A stretch of 61,489 bases of DNA, filler included, from Circinaria calcarea (GCA_051942165.1; 7 parts of 7 records of this genome joined end to end with filler, not necessarily neighbours in it), one strand, 5' to 3'; positions 29,819 through 41,931 are shown, numbered from the whole stretch's first letter. Made by a program: numbers and translations. Notes: generated by a model not told the origin, from the sequence alone.

Positions 29819-30228
29819 CATAGCATTTTGATCAAATCTATTTATTAAAGAGCCGCTTATGATGCCACCTTCGAACTGAAATCAATGACACGTTCGGGCT
29901 AAGTGAGACCTACCTGACACCACGAATGTTGCAGCGTCCAAACATCATAAGGTGACTCTCATCTACCAGTCGGAGGTTTTAAAACCATCAGCTACTGAAC
30001 TCCGCAAGCTTTCGAAATCTCTCGGGAACGGTTTGAAAGTACTACCCGTAAAGTGGCCTTCGACAGTAGGATCGAGAGCGGACCCCGGCACAAAAACTTC
30101 GAGGAGATTGTTCATGTCCGACTTCGTAGCACCGCCTCCTGGCCTCGTCGATCCCCTTTCCTCAACACCTCCTGATCGTTCATCACCTCCCCGCCCCTTT
30201 CAAACCCGATTACTATTCCCGGCCCTTG

Positions 30229-30627
30229 TCAACTCCTCACCAACCCATAGAACAGCGTCCAAGTCAACACAAAGCTACTCAGTCCCCCCACTACATCTTT
30301 TCCCCACAGCCCACTCCACTGACTCTCGAAAAATCGCGCCGGCTTTCCCTCCGCAAGCACGCTCCATATCAGCGCGCTGACGAACAGGGTACCGATCAGG
30401 TAGAAGAGGAAGCCAGGGTAGGATTCGAGACCGAGGATGCCAGCGGCAATGCCGAAGAGGGAGGCGGTTAGGGAGCGGATTTGGGAGATTATCTTTGCGG
30501 AGAGTTAGTTTGGACGGGGAGGGGAAGTGGTATTAGGGGGAGAAGGGGGCATGGGACGTACGCGGGCATTGTGCTGGACGGAGTCGGGGACTATGGGGTT
30601 TATGATTAGGGCACGCTCATCGTTCAT
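30229..30627 (-). CDS. EMC6: ER membrane protein complex subunit 6; intron 30493-30561
   Basis: Manual splice gives MNDERALIINPIVPDSVQHNAR|IISQIRSLTASLFGIAAGILGLESYPGFLFYL...GLSSFVLTWTLFYGLVRS*; absent from the ORF track. Confidence 0.9.
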
Positions 30628-30813
30628 GGTGATTGTGTGAGTGGGTTAATGTAGTAGATATGGAGAGATGTAGCTGGGTTGTAGAGCTAATAATAAGCGG
30701 ATATCTATTTCAGGGTTCATGCGCGCTTGGCTGTAGATTCTATCCCCCCCCCTTTTTCCCCGGCCTTTGCCCGCCGCCAAAAGCCGACTTACCTCCTCGC
30801 CTTCCATGGAGAA

Positions 30814-31639
30814 ATGAGGTGGCCACCTTGGTCAACCATTACCCATGACGAAGAGAAAAGGCCAGAAACTCCTACATCACCGGGTCTCCCTACAAATTCG
30901 ACGGACTTATCGCAATGGACTTCCCCTGACACTCTCATCCCAACTGCCATCCTAACAGGTACAATACTTTTGTCGGTTCGAACTTATCGCTTGTATCTGC
31001 GCAGGATACCTAATGCCTCCAATATTTCGGCATCATTCTACAAGAAACGGTCACTGTTTGGAAAGGTAACTAGTGTAGGCGATGGGGATGGCTTCAGACT
31101 GTTCCACACTCCTGGGGGAAGGTTGACGGGCTGGGGCTGGTTGCCATGGAGGAAGATACCGAAAGGGCGGGCTTTGAAAGATAGAACAGTATGGTATATT
31201 GGATACAAATGACATTCGGCCTGACGACTGATTTTATTTTCAGATCTCCGTTCGCATTGCCGGCATTGATGCACCTGAGCTGGCCCACTTCGGCCGTCCC
31301 TCTCAACCCGGTTCTCAGGAGGCTTTAGATTGGCTCACTTCCTACATCCTTCACCGTCGAGTCCGTACCTACGTCTACAAGCGGGATCAATACGACCGTG
31401 CGGTAGCAATGGTGTATGTGAGGAAATGGTTATTGAGGAGGGACGTGGGATTACAAATGCTGAAGAGAGGACTGGCCACCGTGTATGAAGCTAAGACCGG
31501 TGCAGAGTTTGGGAAGGTAGAGGAAAAGTACAGAAAAGCAGAGTTGTGGGCAAAGAAGAGAAAGAAGGGGATCTGGGCTGCAAGGGCGGAGGCGTTTGAG
31601 AGTCCGAGGGAGTACAAGAATCGAGTCGGACAAATTTGA
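30814..31639 (+). CDS. LCL3: Staphylococcal-nuclease-like endonuclease Lcl3; intron at about 31189-31243
   Basis: MRWPPW start, N-terminal [62 protein letters not shown]. Confidence 0.92.
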
Positions 31640-33180
31640 GGTTTTGGGGTTCTTGCGGACGAAACATCAATATGTGACAAAGTGTCGACTATTCAAATAG
31701 ATTCTCTGTCTCTTGAATAGGGTGACTATAGATGAGATTTAGGGGTGCTCCTCGCATAAAAGGAGCGTGGTTCTATGCCCTTCTCTTTCGAGGTATTCCT
31801 GAACCTCTGGGCAACTTCTAGGCATCTTCCATTGCTGCCCGAATATACAACTTTAATAGCCAACCATTTAAGGTTGATGGTGTTCAGCGTGTTATGTTGT
31901 GACAGCCGGATCTACCCTTTCAAACTCGTTTAGAGGTGTGATTTTACCTCCTAGAAAATCAGCGCGATTACCGAAGGTTCAATCGCGGTCCTAATTACTT
32001 CAGACGAATTGGAACCAGGGGCCCAGTCCCAAAGGGGTGGTACGACACAGGAATTACCAAATTGATTGACGTATCACCAGGGATACATTTACGTGGACGA
32101 TTTTAAGGCATGACCATTTTCCCCTTTAAGTGGAAATAGGCACGTTGAACTTCCGCTGCGTCTAGGATGGATCGTCACTGACGGCCTTTGAACGGAAGTA
32201 GCATGCCTCGATGGCGCGCCATAAGTATAAAACATGCAGTAATAAGGAGGAGAGCATATCCGTATTATGAAAGTACCCCTTTATTTGTGCAATTGCACAA
32301 CTCGGAGCCCATATGATATCCCTATTGGAACGCTAAGCCCGTGGAGTTTGGATGTCGACACTGCTTCATAAGTCATGCCGTTGCTCATATCACCTTTATT
32401 ACTTCTCCCGCTTCATTTACACTCGAATTGCTCTGGCAGGGTAGATTAAGAGCTGACACTATTTCCTCGTTTCACCGTCTCATTGCCCTCCTCTTAGGGC
32501 TGGCGGTAGGATTCGGCTCTATACCCTAGGTCGATGGCAAAAGGGCCAAAGGCGAAATCTTGCACGGCACCGTCTGACGCGCGGCCAGGACATTTATTCT
32601 TGAATGAAACATATAAGAAGGCGAAGTGTTATTATCCAATCAAGTCACAGTCATTGATCTTCTCATAGTAATCCTTTATTGGATCTCTATTTTAAACGTG
32701 CGCTGTAAATCCCAAGTATTATTACTCACATGCTCGATGGCAATATTGTCTGCAAGCATTTTAGCTTTTTCCAAACAGTCGAGGAAGGTTTTGGATAATG
32801 ATGTTTGGTATAAAAGTTTTGCAGAGGGACTCCGTAGAAGATCAAGAATATCAGTAAAGACAAGTCTGACTAGACTTTGTTTTGTAACAAGCTTGGAACC
32901 TACACTGGTAATAATAGTTCGTACGTCATTGGACTTATGCGGAGATGTTTCCTGGAGTTGAACTTTGTCAAAGAAAGCTATTTTTAGGCAGGGGGCTTGT
33001 TGGTAGGGCTGACTGGCTACTTGAGCTCCCATCTCGAAACGTAGATCAGGCACCATCTACTGCATTTGTTGTGCCCCCAAGAATTTGAACCGTCAAAATT
33101 CTCCCATTGACACAGCCAAGGTAATAACAAGTGTAAGAAAACTACCAGCTCTTAGATTGCTATACTCCACTCAAGATACC

Positions 33181-34565
33181 ATGGGAAAGTTTGGATTTGG
33201 TAAAAAGGACGACGATGGGGACAGTTCCAATCGACTTGCTCTATTTGGCTCGCGGTCAAAGAGCAAATCACCTGCGCCCTCCGCCAATCCCTATGCGCAG
33301 CCAGCTTTAGCAAATGACCCCTACACGCAAGCCAAGGCCAAAGCCTACGGAGCCCCTCCACCTGTGCAGGCTCAGGCAGGTTATGGAGCACCCAACGGTG
33401 GTGGCTACCGGGATGAGAAAAGAAATGAATTTAACGATAACGGGAATAGATACGGTGCTGCTCCAGGTGGTCCTGCGGCAAATAATGGAGGAGGTTATGG
33501 TGCGGACAAATTCAGCGGTCAGAGCGGGTATGGTGGTGATAAATTCGGTGCTTCAACCGGAGGGTCTTCCTCACGTTACGGTGCGGGAGGATATGGGGGT
33601 CTTGGGGGAGTAGGTGGATACGACACAGCCGCCGACGAAAATCGAGATGCCCTTTTCGGGGGAGCTAAGGATCGTGTACAGCAGAAACCCCAAGGGCAGG
33701 CTGGGTATGGACAACCACCTCCTTATGAAGATGCGAATCAATCAGGAGTGGTCGGAGGTGAAAATCAAGGTTATGGTCGCAGTACCTACGGAGACAGGCA
33801 ACTGACAGCTGAGGAAGAAGAGGAAGAGGATGTCTCCGCGACCAAACAGCAAATCCAGTTCATGAAACGCGAAGATGTTTCCAGCACTCGAAACGCACTC
33901 CGGATCGCCCAGCAAGCCGAAGAAACCGGACGCGACACGCTGGCGAGACTTGGCGCGCAGGGAGAAAACATTCACAATACCGAAAAGAATCTCGATCTTG
34001 CACACAACCAGAATCGAATGGCCGAAGACAAAGCCAAAGAACTCAAGACGATCAACAGGAGCATGTTTGCCGTCCATGTCTCCAACCCATTCACTGGAAC
34101 GTCCCGTCGTGAAGCCCGAGATCAAGCCGTCGTCGACCGCCACCTCGAGGAACGAGACCGGCGCGAAGCAACCCGAAAAGCAGAGTACGACTCTTCTCAA
34201 CGACTGCAGAAATCTTTCAAGGAACTACAGCCGGGGAGTGCGGGTTACGGGCAACCTCGAGGCAAGAATCTGGCCGAGAGGGCCAAGTATCAGTTCGAGG
34301 CCGACTCGGACGACGAGGAGATGGAAAACGAAATCGATGCCAATCTTGATGCTTTGGGAGGTGCGGCTGGGAGGTTGAATGCGTTGGCGAGGGCGACGGG
34401 GCAGGAGGTGGCAATCCAGAATGAGATTCTCGATCGGGTTAGCGAGAAGGTGTGTGATCCCAACTCCCCCTGGCTACGTTCGATGCATACTAACAAGAAA
34501 ATCAGGGAGATCGTGTGGATATTGGCATTGCACAGAACAGAGCCAAACTGGATCGAATCCACTGA
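33181..34565 (+). CDS. SEC9: Plasma-membrane t-SNARE Sec9 (SNAP-25-like); intron 34450-34506
   Basis: Gly/Tyr-rich N-terminus, EEEEEEDV..TKQQI, SSTRNALR, TLARLGAQGE, RSMFAVHVSNPF, RAKYQFEADSDDEEMENEID. Confidence 0.93.
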
Positions 34566-35213
34566 GTCTGTTGGGCATTGATTTGGGCATTGATATCTGC
34601 ATGCAAGACTTGACGCCCGGAATGGGGGTTTGGGAAAGGATAGATAGGTATCTATCTGATTTTTAAGCGGCATATGACCGGGGGCGTTTTTTATGTACGG
34701 GAAATCGAAACGTTCAGTCAAAATCATGGTCGGTGTGGAGCCTTAAACCATCAATCCCGGTTCCCGGGAATCAGGACTACGTAAACCAAATGACCGGAGT
34801 TGGAGAAGTTTTAAAATCCTATGACCAATCGAAAACCTCCCCCCCCCCCTTTTCTCGCCCTCCTTTTTTCAGACTCTTTCCCAGCTCTAGAATATTCTTA
34901 TCCCTTTCCCCCTTTCCCTTTCATCTTAAGAAAAACTTTTCTCCGCCGTAAGTAACGCTTTACAGATTACGGGAAATCTTTACCCTGAATCCTTTGGTAA
35001 GGAAGCGTAAGCGTGAAAAAGGGAAGGAAAGGGAAGGGGATGGAAGGGAGAGAAACCCGCTGTTCTTAGGTCGAGGGAAGGGGTTGAGGGAAGGGGATAG
35101 AGGGGAAGAGATGNNNNNNNNNNNNNNNNNNNNNNNNNNNNNNNNNNNNNNNNNNNNTTAATTAATTAANNNNNNNNNNNNNNNNNNNNNNNNNNNNNNN
35201 NNNNNNNNNNNNN

Positions 35214-36457
35214 CTTCCTTCCCACCCCCCGCGCCCCCCAAGACCAAGAATTCCCCAATTCTTGGTCTTGGGGGGAGCGTGGGGTGGGAAGGAAGGCAAA
35301 AAGGGAGACAAGAGGATTTGTAAAAGGGGGATTTGTGTTTGGTGGGCAAAGTAAGCCAAAGATAGGGTAGAAAGGAACGAAACGTAAGTGGAGAACCAAT
35401 GGAGGGAGAAACAATACCTTGAAACCCCAGCTCTGATGATGTAAATCGTGAAACTTGGCCCCGTTGGCATTGAGGGAGCGGAAGGGATCCCAGGGAAACA
35501 CGTAGCCGCAGTGGTCGCTGATGGTCTTGATTGTCGCCAACGAGCCGAAAATCATGCTCTGGCGGACCGAGAATCCAGCCAGGGCGTTCCCCATCATGAA
35601 GCTAAGGATATCGAGGAAGAGACTTTCGAGCCAGTGGGCGTATACCGCCCCATATGCATAGGGAACATAAAGGCGATGATGTTGAGCGTGGACGATACCT
35701 GCGGATCGGGGGTTCAGTAATGTACCCTGTCCCAAGGAGATTCCGTGTGGAGGGAGGGCACCGGCGGCGAAACGAACAAGGGGAAAAACTTACGGTAGAG
35801 CGTTTTGTTCACATGGCAAAGTCGATGGGTAAAGTATATCCAAGTATCCACCACCGCTAAAGCGATGAAGAACTGCACGGCGGGAACAAGGAAAGTTTCG
35901 ACAAGGTTCGCCACGAAAAGTTCGGCCGAGGTAAAGCCCAGAGGTTGGGACGAGTTCAATCCGGCAAACGACGCAGGCCCACCGGCGAGGAATTGGGCAA
36001 GCGTTGCACTTTTGCTAGACGTGGCAAAGGCAAGGCCTTTTGCGTCGATTCCGACAGAAGCCAGTATCCAAGGGACCAAAGTGCGGGCGTGCCTCACTCG
36101 TCCTGCCCATCGGTGTACATCACAGCTCTTGTTGGCCACCATCTCCGGCCCGGCACCGTAACTTAAAAGCAATCCGATAGAAATTTGCATCAGGTGATAG
36201 CGAGCGACGCCTTGAAAACATTCGAGCCGGGACACATGATTGCGTTTGAGGTCCTCCTCCGTCGGATGGATGCGGTATTGCGTGAACAGCTGCTGCCTGT
36301 CGAGCCAGTAGAAAAACCCGCAGGCGACAATATACACGACGGTGGGCAAGACAGTAGCGAGAACGGCATCGGATATTCCAGATATCAGTGCTGGTTGGGG
36401 GATCGGTGTGCAGGACGGGGTTGATGAAGCATTGAAATCGTATGTTGCATTCAACAT
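35214..36457 (-). CDS. Fatty acid hydroxylase superfamily, sphinganine C4-hydroxylase (Sur2)-like and diverged; intron 35699-35793; 3' end missing or unclear at the contig edge
   Basis: QYRIHPTEEDLKRNHVSR; His boxes THRLCH, HAQHHRLYVPYAYGA and HDLHHQSWG; DHCGY.FPWDP. Confidence 0.85.
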
Positions 36458-37543
36458 GATGGGATATCAAAATGGAGCTGACGGGGAGCAATGATGGACG
36501 ACGGTCGATTGAGGAACAGTACAGCTTCGAACAGCTTTCAGTCGAAATTCAAGTTAAAGGGATACACTCGATGACAAGCGCTGCGAATTGGGGCCGCAAG
36601 CCATGCATTCTCCGACATCATCCATGTCCAGAAGGACCTCACTTGATTCGCGTATCGAGTAGACAGAGGAGAGCGATCTACTGCACTCTGTATTTCCCCA
36701 CATGCGGCTGGGAGGAGATCAATTCGGCGGAATTCGGTCATGCAGACTCGCGGATTAGAGATTTTGCTGCCGGGACTAAAAGTACCTGGGCGACAAGCTA
36801 AAAATGGAGAAACATACCTTAGGTAACGATGAAATGAAATCAATGTCAATACGGAATCAATCAAGAAGCCACTCTCGACTAATAATTGTTGCCCCCTACA
36901 CTTGTATTCGGGCTGGTCCACATGGCAGGGAGCGTCGAGTTGATGCAAGGTGACACTTACTGGCTCTTCTCTCGCTCAACTAGCACAGTCGCACCCCAAT
37001 TGGCTTAAGATGCGAAGCTTTTCGTTTTCATATTCTCGTATTTTATTTTAATCCTACGCAGGCTCGCTGACCGAGTGATAGAATAAATACGAGAAGCAAA
37101 ATCCTGGTGCCTGTCCTTACGATACGAAAACTGCTAAGTATTTTGTTAAGGGTGTTGTCCGCGGCTGTTCTGCTGGCAAGAAAAGTGTGCCTGCTCTGTT
37201 AGAATGTGCAATCACGGCACAGTAGAAATGCATTGGTATCAATACGAATCGGTGGTACTCCATAAATTTATGGAGCGGAAGTAACAAGGTGGGCATAGCC
37301 CCTATATGCCATAATTGTAATGACAGTAGTGTTTGCGCAAACAGCAGAAGTACTAAACCCCCATGAACCCCTGAATGCTCTAAGCCGTGTGTGCGCTAAG
37401 CCATAGTAGTTTGAATCGAACAAGCAAGGGGCTGAATCGTGACACTACCCGCGCTCTATTCTCCTGCAGCTTTCCCCCTTTTCCATCTCCCGGTTTGGTT
37501 CTCCCATTGAAACCCGAGATAGATATCGAGTGAATCCGATTTG

Positions 37544-38092
37544 CTAGTGGAAATAGTCGAGGTAGGAGAAGGCTTCGATAAGGCTGTCTGGAGAGCCAGC
37601 TTTGGCTTTTTCAATGGCAGCATTGGTAACTGCTTTAGGAAGAACTGCAGTGCCGTCCTCAGATCGCTTGTGAAAGTAATCGAGGTAGGAGAAGGCTTCG
37701 ATAAGGCTGTCTGGAGAGCCGGCTTTAGCTTTTTCAATGGCAGCATTGGTAACTGCTTTAGGAAGAATTGCAGTGCCGTCCTCAGATCGCTTGTGAAAGT
37801 AGTCGAGGTAGGAGAAGGCTTCGATAAGGCTGTCTGGAGAGCCGGCTTTGGCTTTTTCAATGGCAGCATTGGTAACTGCTTTAGGAAGAACTGCAGTGCC
37901 GTCCTCAGATCGTTTATGAAAGTAATCGAGGTAAGAGAAGGCTTCGATAAGGCTGTCTGGAGAGCCGGCTTTGGCTTTTGCAATAGCAGTAGATGTGACT
38001 GCCTCAGGAAGCTTTGGAGATTCTGCTTTAGGAGTTGGAGCACCGACCGCCAGGGCAACGGAGAAGGCGACGATGATAAGAGAGCCTTTCAT
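37544..38092 (-). CDS. Secreted Kex2-processed repeat protein: candidate fungal RiPP (dikaritin) precursor with 4 cores ending SLIEAFSYLDYFH
   Basis: Signal peptide MKGSLIIVAFSVALAVG; 41-aa (123-bp) repeat KRSEDGTAVLPKAVTNAAIEKAKAGSPDSLIEAFSYLDYFH; differences between core copies are synonymous in this frame; adjacent DUF3328 genes. Confidence 0.9.
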   Translation of the reverse strand: MKGSLIIVAFSVALAVGAPTPKAESPKLPEAVTSTAIAKAKAGSPDSLIEAFSYLDYFHKRSEDGTAVLPKAVTNAAIEKAKAGSPDSLIEAFSYLDYFHKRSEDGTAILPKAVTNAAIEKAKAGSPDSLIEAFSYLDYFHKRSEDGTAVLPKAVTNAAIEKAKAGSPDSLIEAFSYLDYFH

Positions 38093-38538
38093 GTTTGCGA
38101 GTTCGAAAATAGATTTGGCGAAGGAAGTTCAAAGGTAGGCTCAAATGAAGTTCAAAGATAGATTCAAATGAAGGAAGTAGATCAAAGCCGACTGGAGAAG
38201 GTGGATGGCCAGGAAATCATACGGGCTATAGCCCATATTTATACTTGATCTGCTGCAATATGGGCGCTTCTATTCATGCCGGTATATTGACTCGAACCTG
38301 GGCATCTTAGAATTGCTTCCCTACCTCCGCGGCCTGTAGTGCGAGCCATTAGTCCTGTTGCCACTATTCCGTGTATCTGACACGACAATCCAGCTTTTGG
38401 ACTGAATTGCACTTTGGGAGTTGATTGTAACCATCAGTAGAAAAAGGGCAAATGCGGTTACTGACGGAATGTTAGAGGCGGTGTCCTCTTTGGACATGGC
38501 TATCCTTCGAATTATAAAGACATGACAGGGACAAGGCC

Positions 38539-38835
38539 TCCAATAGTGCAGCCGGTGCAATGCAGTGCAGTGAACTGCACTGTTTTGGCAGTTCAGCTCC
38601 GTACTGCACTAGCAGGGCAAGGGGGCTTGAACTGCATTGGCAGTGTTTACTGATAGTGCAGTTAATCTCGCTAAACGGCTGAGCGTAGGGTTGTACCATT
38701 AGTGTAAAAATCATCTGCACTAGCAGTGTAGTGCAGTACACTACCATTGAACTGTATTATTAGTGCATTGCGGGCTTGGCAGTGCAGACTGCACCGTGAA
38801 CTGCCAATGCGCATTGCACCGGCTGCGCTATTCGA
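38539..38835. mobile_element. MITE-like inverted-repeat element rich in TGCA/TGCAGT motifs
   Basis: tccaatagtgcagccggtgcaatgc (38539-38563) versus gcattgcaccggctgcgctattcga (38811-38835), 2 mismatches; no clear TSD. Confidence 0.6.
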
Positions 38836-39108
38836 GGATTGGGGCTGAATGTAATCATCATGAAAACATGACAGGGATGCAGTTAGCTGAAAATACTTAC
38901 ACATCCACTGTTTCGACGGTGTACCCGAGCAGTTACGTACATTATGAAAACGTGCAGCGGAAAGAAGTACAATCTCGAATCCCTCTCCGCTGTTATATAA
39001 TCCACCTTCGGGGATAGCTATACGCCCACGTTTTCTCTCCGTCTATAAACTGTACTCTTCATTCTTACTCACTCACTCAAAGAGATTCTGAGACAAAACT
39101 TTCTAACG

Positions 39109-40130
39109 ATGTTGCCCGCCGGGGAAGTCTCTCATAGCACCAAGTATGAAGAATTAGGGTCAGAGGAGAAAGAGGAGAATGGGTTTCTTCTTCCAACCAC
39201 TGAAAAAGCTTATGCGAAGAGAAGGATGAATTCGAGAAGCCATGTTTGGATATTATATCTGACAAATGCGGTGACTCTGATCGCTGTTGTGATTCTGGCA
39301 TTAGTTGCCAAGGAAGCTCGTAGGGATCCAAGTCTCGTAGGTGTTTACTGTGAGACTATTTTCGGAGGTTGCAGTAAGAACATTTGCTAATAGAACATAC
39401 CAGCACCGGCAAGATCTGCTGTCGAATATGTGGTACACCGGTTTGATTCCGCATTTGAGAACAAAACTGAGTATATGGGCGATCCTACTCCGGAGATCGA
39501 TGCTCGATGGTTAGACTTGGCAGCTTGTAGGAAGTTCTGGCTTCTCGCCGTGGCTGATGTAGAATCCTGACTGTTAAGACAGACGGAGTGTCCAAAATTT
39601 CTGATTCAGAAGCCGCCCAGCTTTTCGAGCCTACCATGTCTAATCTCGACAACGAGTCGGAGCATTGGGTTACCCTCGACGTGTTCCATCAGTTGCACTG
39701 CCTCTACAACATCCGAAAATATTTCCACCAGGACTATTACCCATTCCGCCGAGAATATCATGCAAACGGCACCGAAAACAAAGATACTATACCATACGAG
39801 CACTGGGGTTAGTACAGCTTACTCCCTACCTCTTCAACCTTCCCTGACAATTTCGGTCTTCCAGACCACTGTATAGATTCCATTCGGCAAAGCCTTATGT
39901 GCTCGGCTGACATCACTCCCATCTCATTCCATATTGACAAACGAGGGTCGGGTATCTTTCCCAAGTTACAGGCTACTCACGTGTGTCGCAATTTCGACAA
40001 AATCACAGAGTGGGCCAAAGAGCACTTTGCTGGGAATAATGTGAGGTTTCAGTTCAAAGAAGGTGATGCGTTATTAGATTACTATAGGAGTAATGAAGCA
40101 GATATTCGTCAGAACGGTGGAAGTAAGTAG
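39109..40130 (+). CDS. DUF3328/UstYa-family oxidase 1; introns at about 39350-39402, 39528-39582 and 39808-39864
   Basis: N-terminal TM helix, YSPARSAVEY, MGDPTPEIDARW, LDVFHQLHCLYNIRK, HWDHCIDSIRQSLMCSADITP, HVCRNFDKITEWA; two HxxHC motifs. Confidence 0.92.
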
Positions 40131-40287
40131 GTAGAGGCGAGAAGGGTATGGGCTCGGACATTTTCGCCAAGGAAATTAAGTATTCTCAGAAATACGCAGA
40201 TTTCAGCGTATCTAAATTCTAAACTCTGTACTACGTATATCCAAGCACTGCATCCAGTTATCTGAGGTTCGAATAGAAATCTCTATA

Positions 40288-40430
40288 TCCCTTCGACTGT
40301 TGCTCAGGCAGGATGGACCGTGCGTTTTTTGAATACAAGGTTAGGATTGGCCAGTTAGGTTGGCACGAACCAGAAGTTGGTCCGTTCAAAAAACGCACGG
40401 TCCATCCTGCCTGAGCAACAGTCGAAGGGA
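40288..40430. mobile_element. 143-bp MITE with perfect 46-bp TIRs flanked by TA (Tc1/mariner-type target site)
   Basis: tcccttcgactgttgctcaggcaggatggaccgtgcgttttttgaa (40288-40333) is the exact reverse complement of 40385-40430; TA at 40286-40287 and 40431-40432. Confidence 0.85.
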
Positions 40431-40938
40431 TAGCTTAATATTTAACCTGAGAACCGAATTCCCCGTCGTTGTTCACCTCCTCTCGGTAAGAAAACTTAGC
40501 TTCGTTGCGACCCAAGGATATGTCGAGACTCTTACGACAGACTATGCTTGCAGGTCCTCACCGACTCGTTGGCCGCACCGTCCTTACTAAGTTGAAAAAT
40601 ATTAGCAGTTCAGCGAGCAGCGGACGCCTATTTTACTTGACTACTATCCCATGGCATGGCGGCTTGGCCAGGAACGCTTACAGTCGGATGGCGTTACATT
40701 GAAAAGTCGTTCCCTGACGGTCTCAGAAACGTGGCATCGCGGCTACTTGGATCTGAAAGTTTGGGGCTGAGGATGCGAAAAGCTTATTCGGGGTATATCC
40801 GAGGCTAATCTTCAGCTACAGTTCCTTATCTCTCAGTAGGGAGGAAGCCATTCGCTCAACCCGAATGCCCGTCTGCTCTTCGTTTATTGATTTCCTTTCC
40901 TCGATTCTTCTTGGTCGTTTTATTATACGTTAATCAAC

Positions 40939-41931
40939 ATGAAATTCTTATCCAAGGTCTACATACCTGTCCCATTGTCCGAACAGGATTCCAATGAATC
41001 TAGCTCTTCACTTTCCGAAGGGCCACACGGTGATGAGGAACGGGCAGAGGAGTTGAAACGTTGGAAAAAGATCCGCCTTTCGGCAATCACCCTCCTGCAC
41101 TTCGCAACTCTCCTCTTCGCATTATCCGTGGTCGTATTCGTCGCAGCAATCATCAGGAAACCCAGCGACTCGGAATGCACACGACAGGTTTCGACATACT
41201 GTAAGCGAGAATGCCACTGCTTGTATTGGAGATGGCGGTATCTCAGTCAACTAACGAATGGCAGCACCTGCTATTTCTGCCGTCGAATATGAAGACTACG
41301 ACTTCGAGAACTCTTTTGCACATCCAACGAAGTATCGAGGACCACCGACAGCCACACTCGAAAGTGAGTGGAATAGACTTTGGCAATGTAGGTGACCAGC
41401 GTCTCCGGTGAATGCTCGATTTTGATCAAGTGTAGATGGTTATGTCAATATACCAGAGAACGATCTCGTTTTCTTGAATAGATCAAACTCGAAGAAAGAG
41501 TGGCAGCGTCTTCCTCCCGAGCATGGTGGAGGATACGCGGGTCTGATAGACGTGTTCCATCAGCTTCATTGTTTGGTACCAAGCCACCCCTTCCACTCTT
41601 GTTTGGCTTTCTTCAGTACTTTACTGACTATAATTCGCAGAATTATATCCGGCAATACACCTGGGGTGACTTCTATGACCGACACGGCATGAAAAATGAT
41701 CTCATATCAACGCCTGTTGGAAATAGAATGCATGTCGATCACTGTATCGAGACACTACGGCTAGTGCTAATGTGCCATTCTGACACGACGCCGGTTTTGC
41801 TGGAAGTAGATCTGATGGCGGCAAAGGGCCGTCGTGCTGACTTTAATGCACACCATAAATGTCGAAATTTTACTAAGTTGCAGGAATGGATGGATAAGAA
41901 CGTCAAGGTCGAAATGTACCATCATGAATAA
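40939..41931 (+). CDS. DUF3328/UstYa-family oxidase 2; introns at about 41201-41264, 41387-41435 and 41576-41640
   Basis: N-terminal TM helix, YSPAISAVEY, YRGPPT..ESEW, IDVFHQLHCLNYIRQ, HVDHCIETLRLVLMCHSDTTP, HKCRNFTKLQEW. Confidence 0.93.

Noticed and set aside
35234..35275. Perfect 19-bp-arm hairpin
   Set aside because: Lies in homopolymer-rich sequence about 20 nt from a contig end; cannot be separated from an assembly artefact or assigned a function
37544..38030. Repeat array as a CRISPR-like or non-coding repeat
   Set aside because: Units are contiguous, in-frame and coding, with no unique spacers, and the host is a fungus
37541..38161. 206-aa antisense repeat ORF and the 200-aa alternative-frame ORF (37456-38058)
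   Set aside because: Shadows of the 123-bp precursor repeat; only the 37544-38092 frame has a signal peptide, KR sites and synonymous-only core variation
41424..41435. GATCAAGTGTAG resembling U2 snRNA
   Set aside because: Only a 12-nt match at the 3' splice site of a DUF3328 intron; flanking U2 sequence is absent
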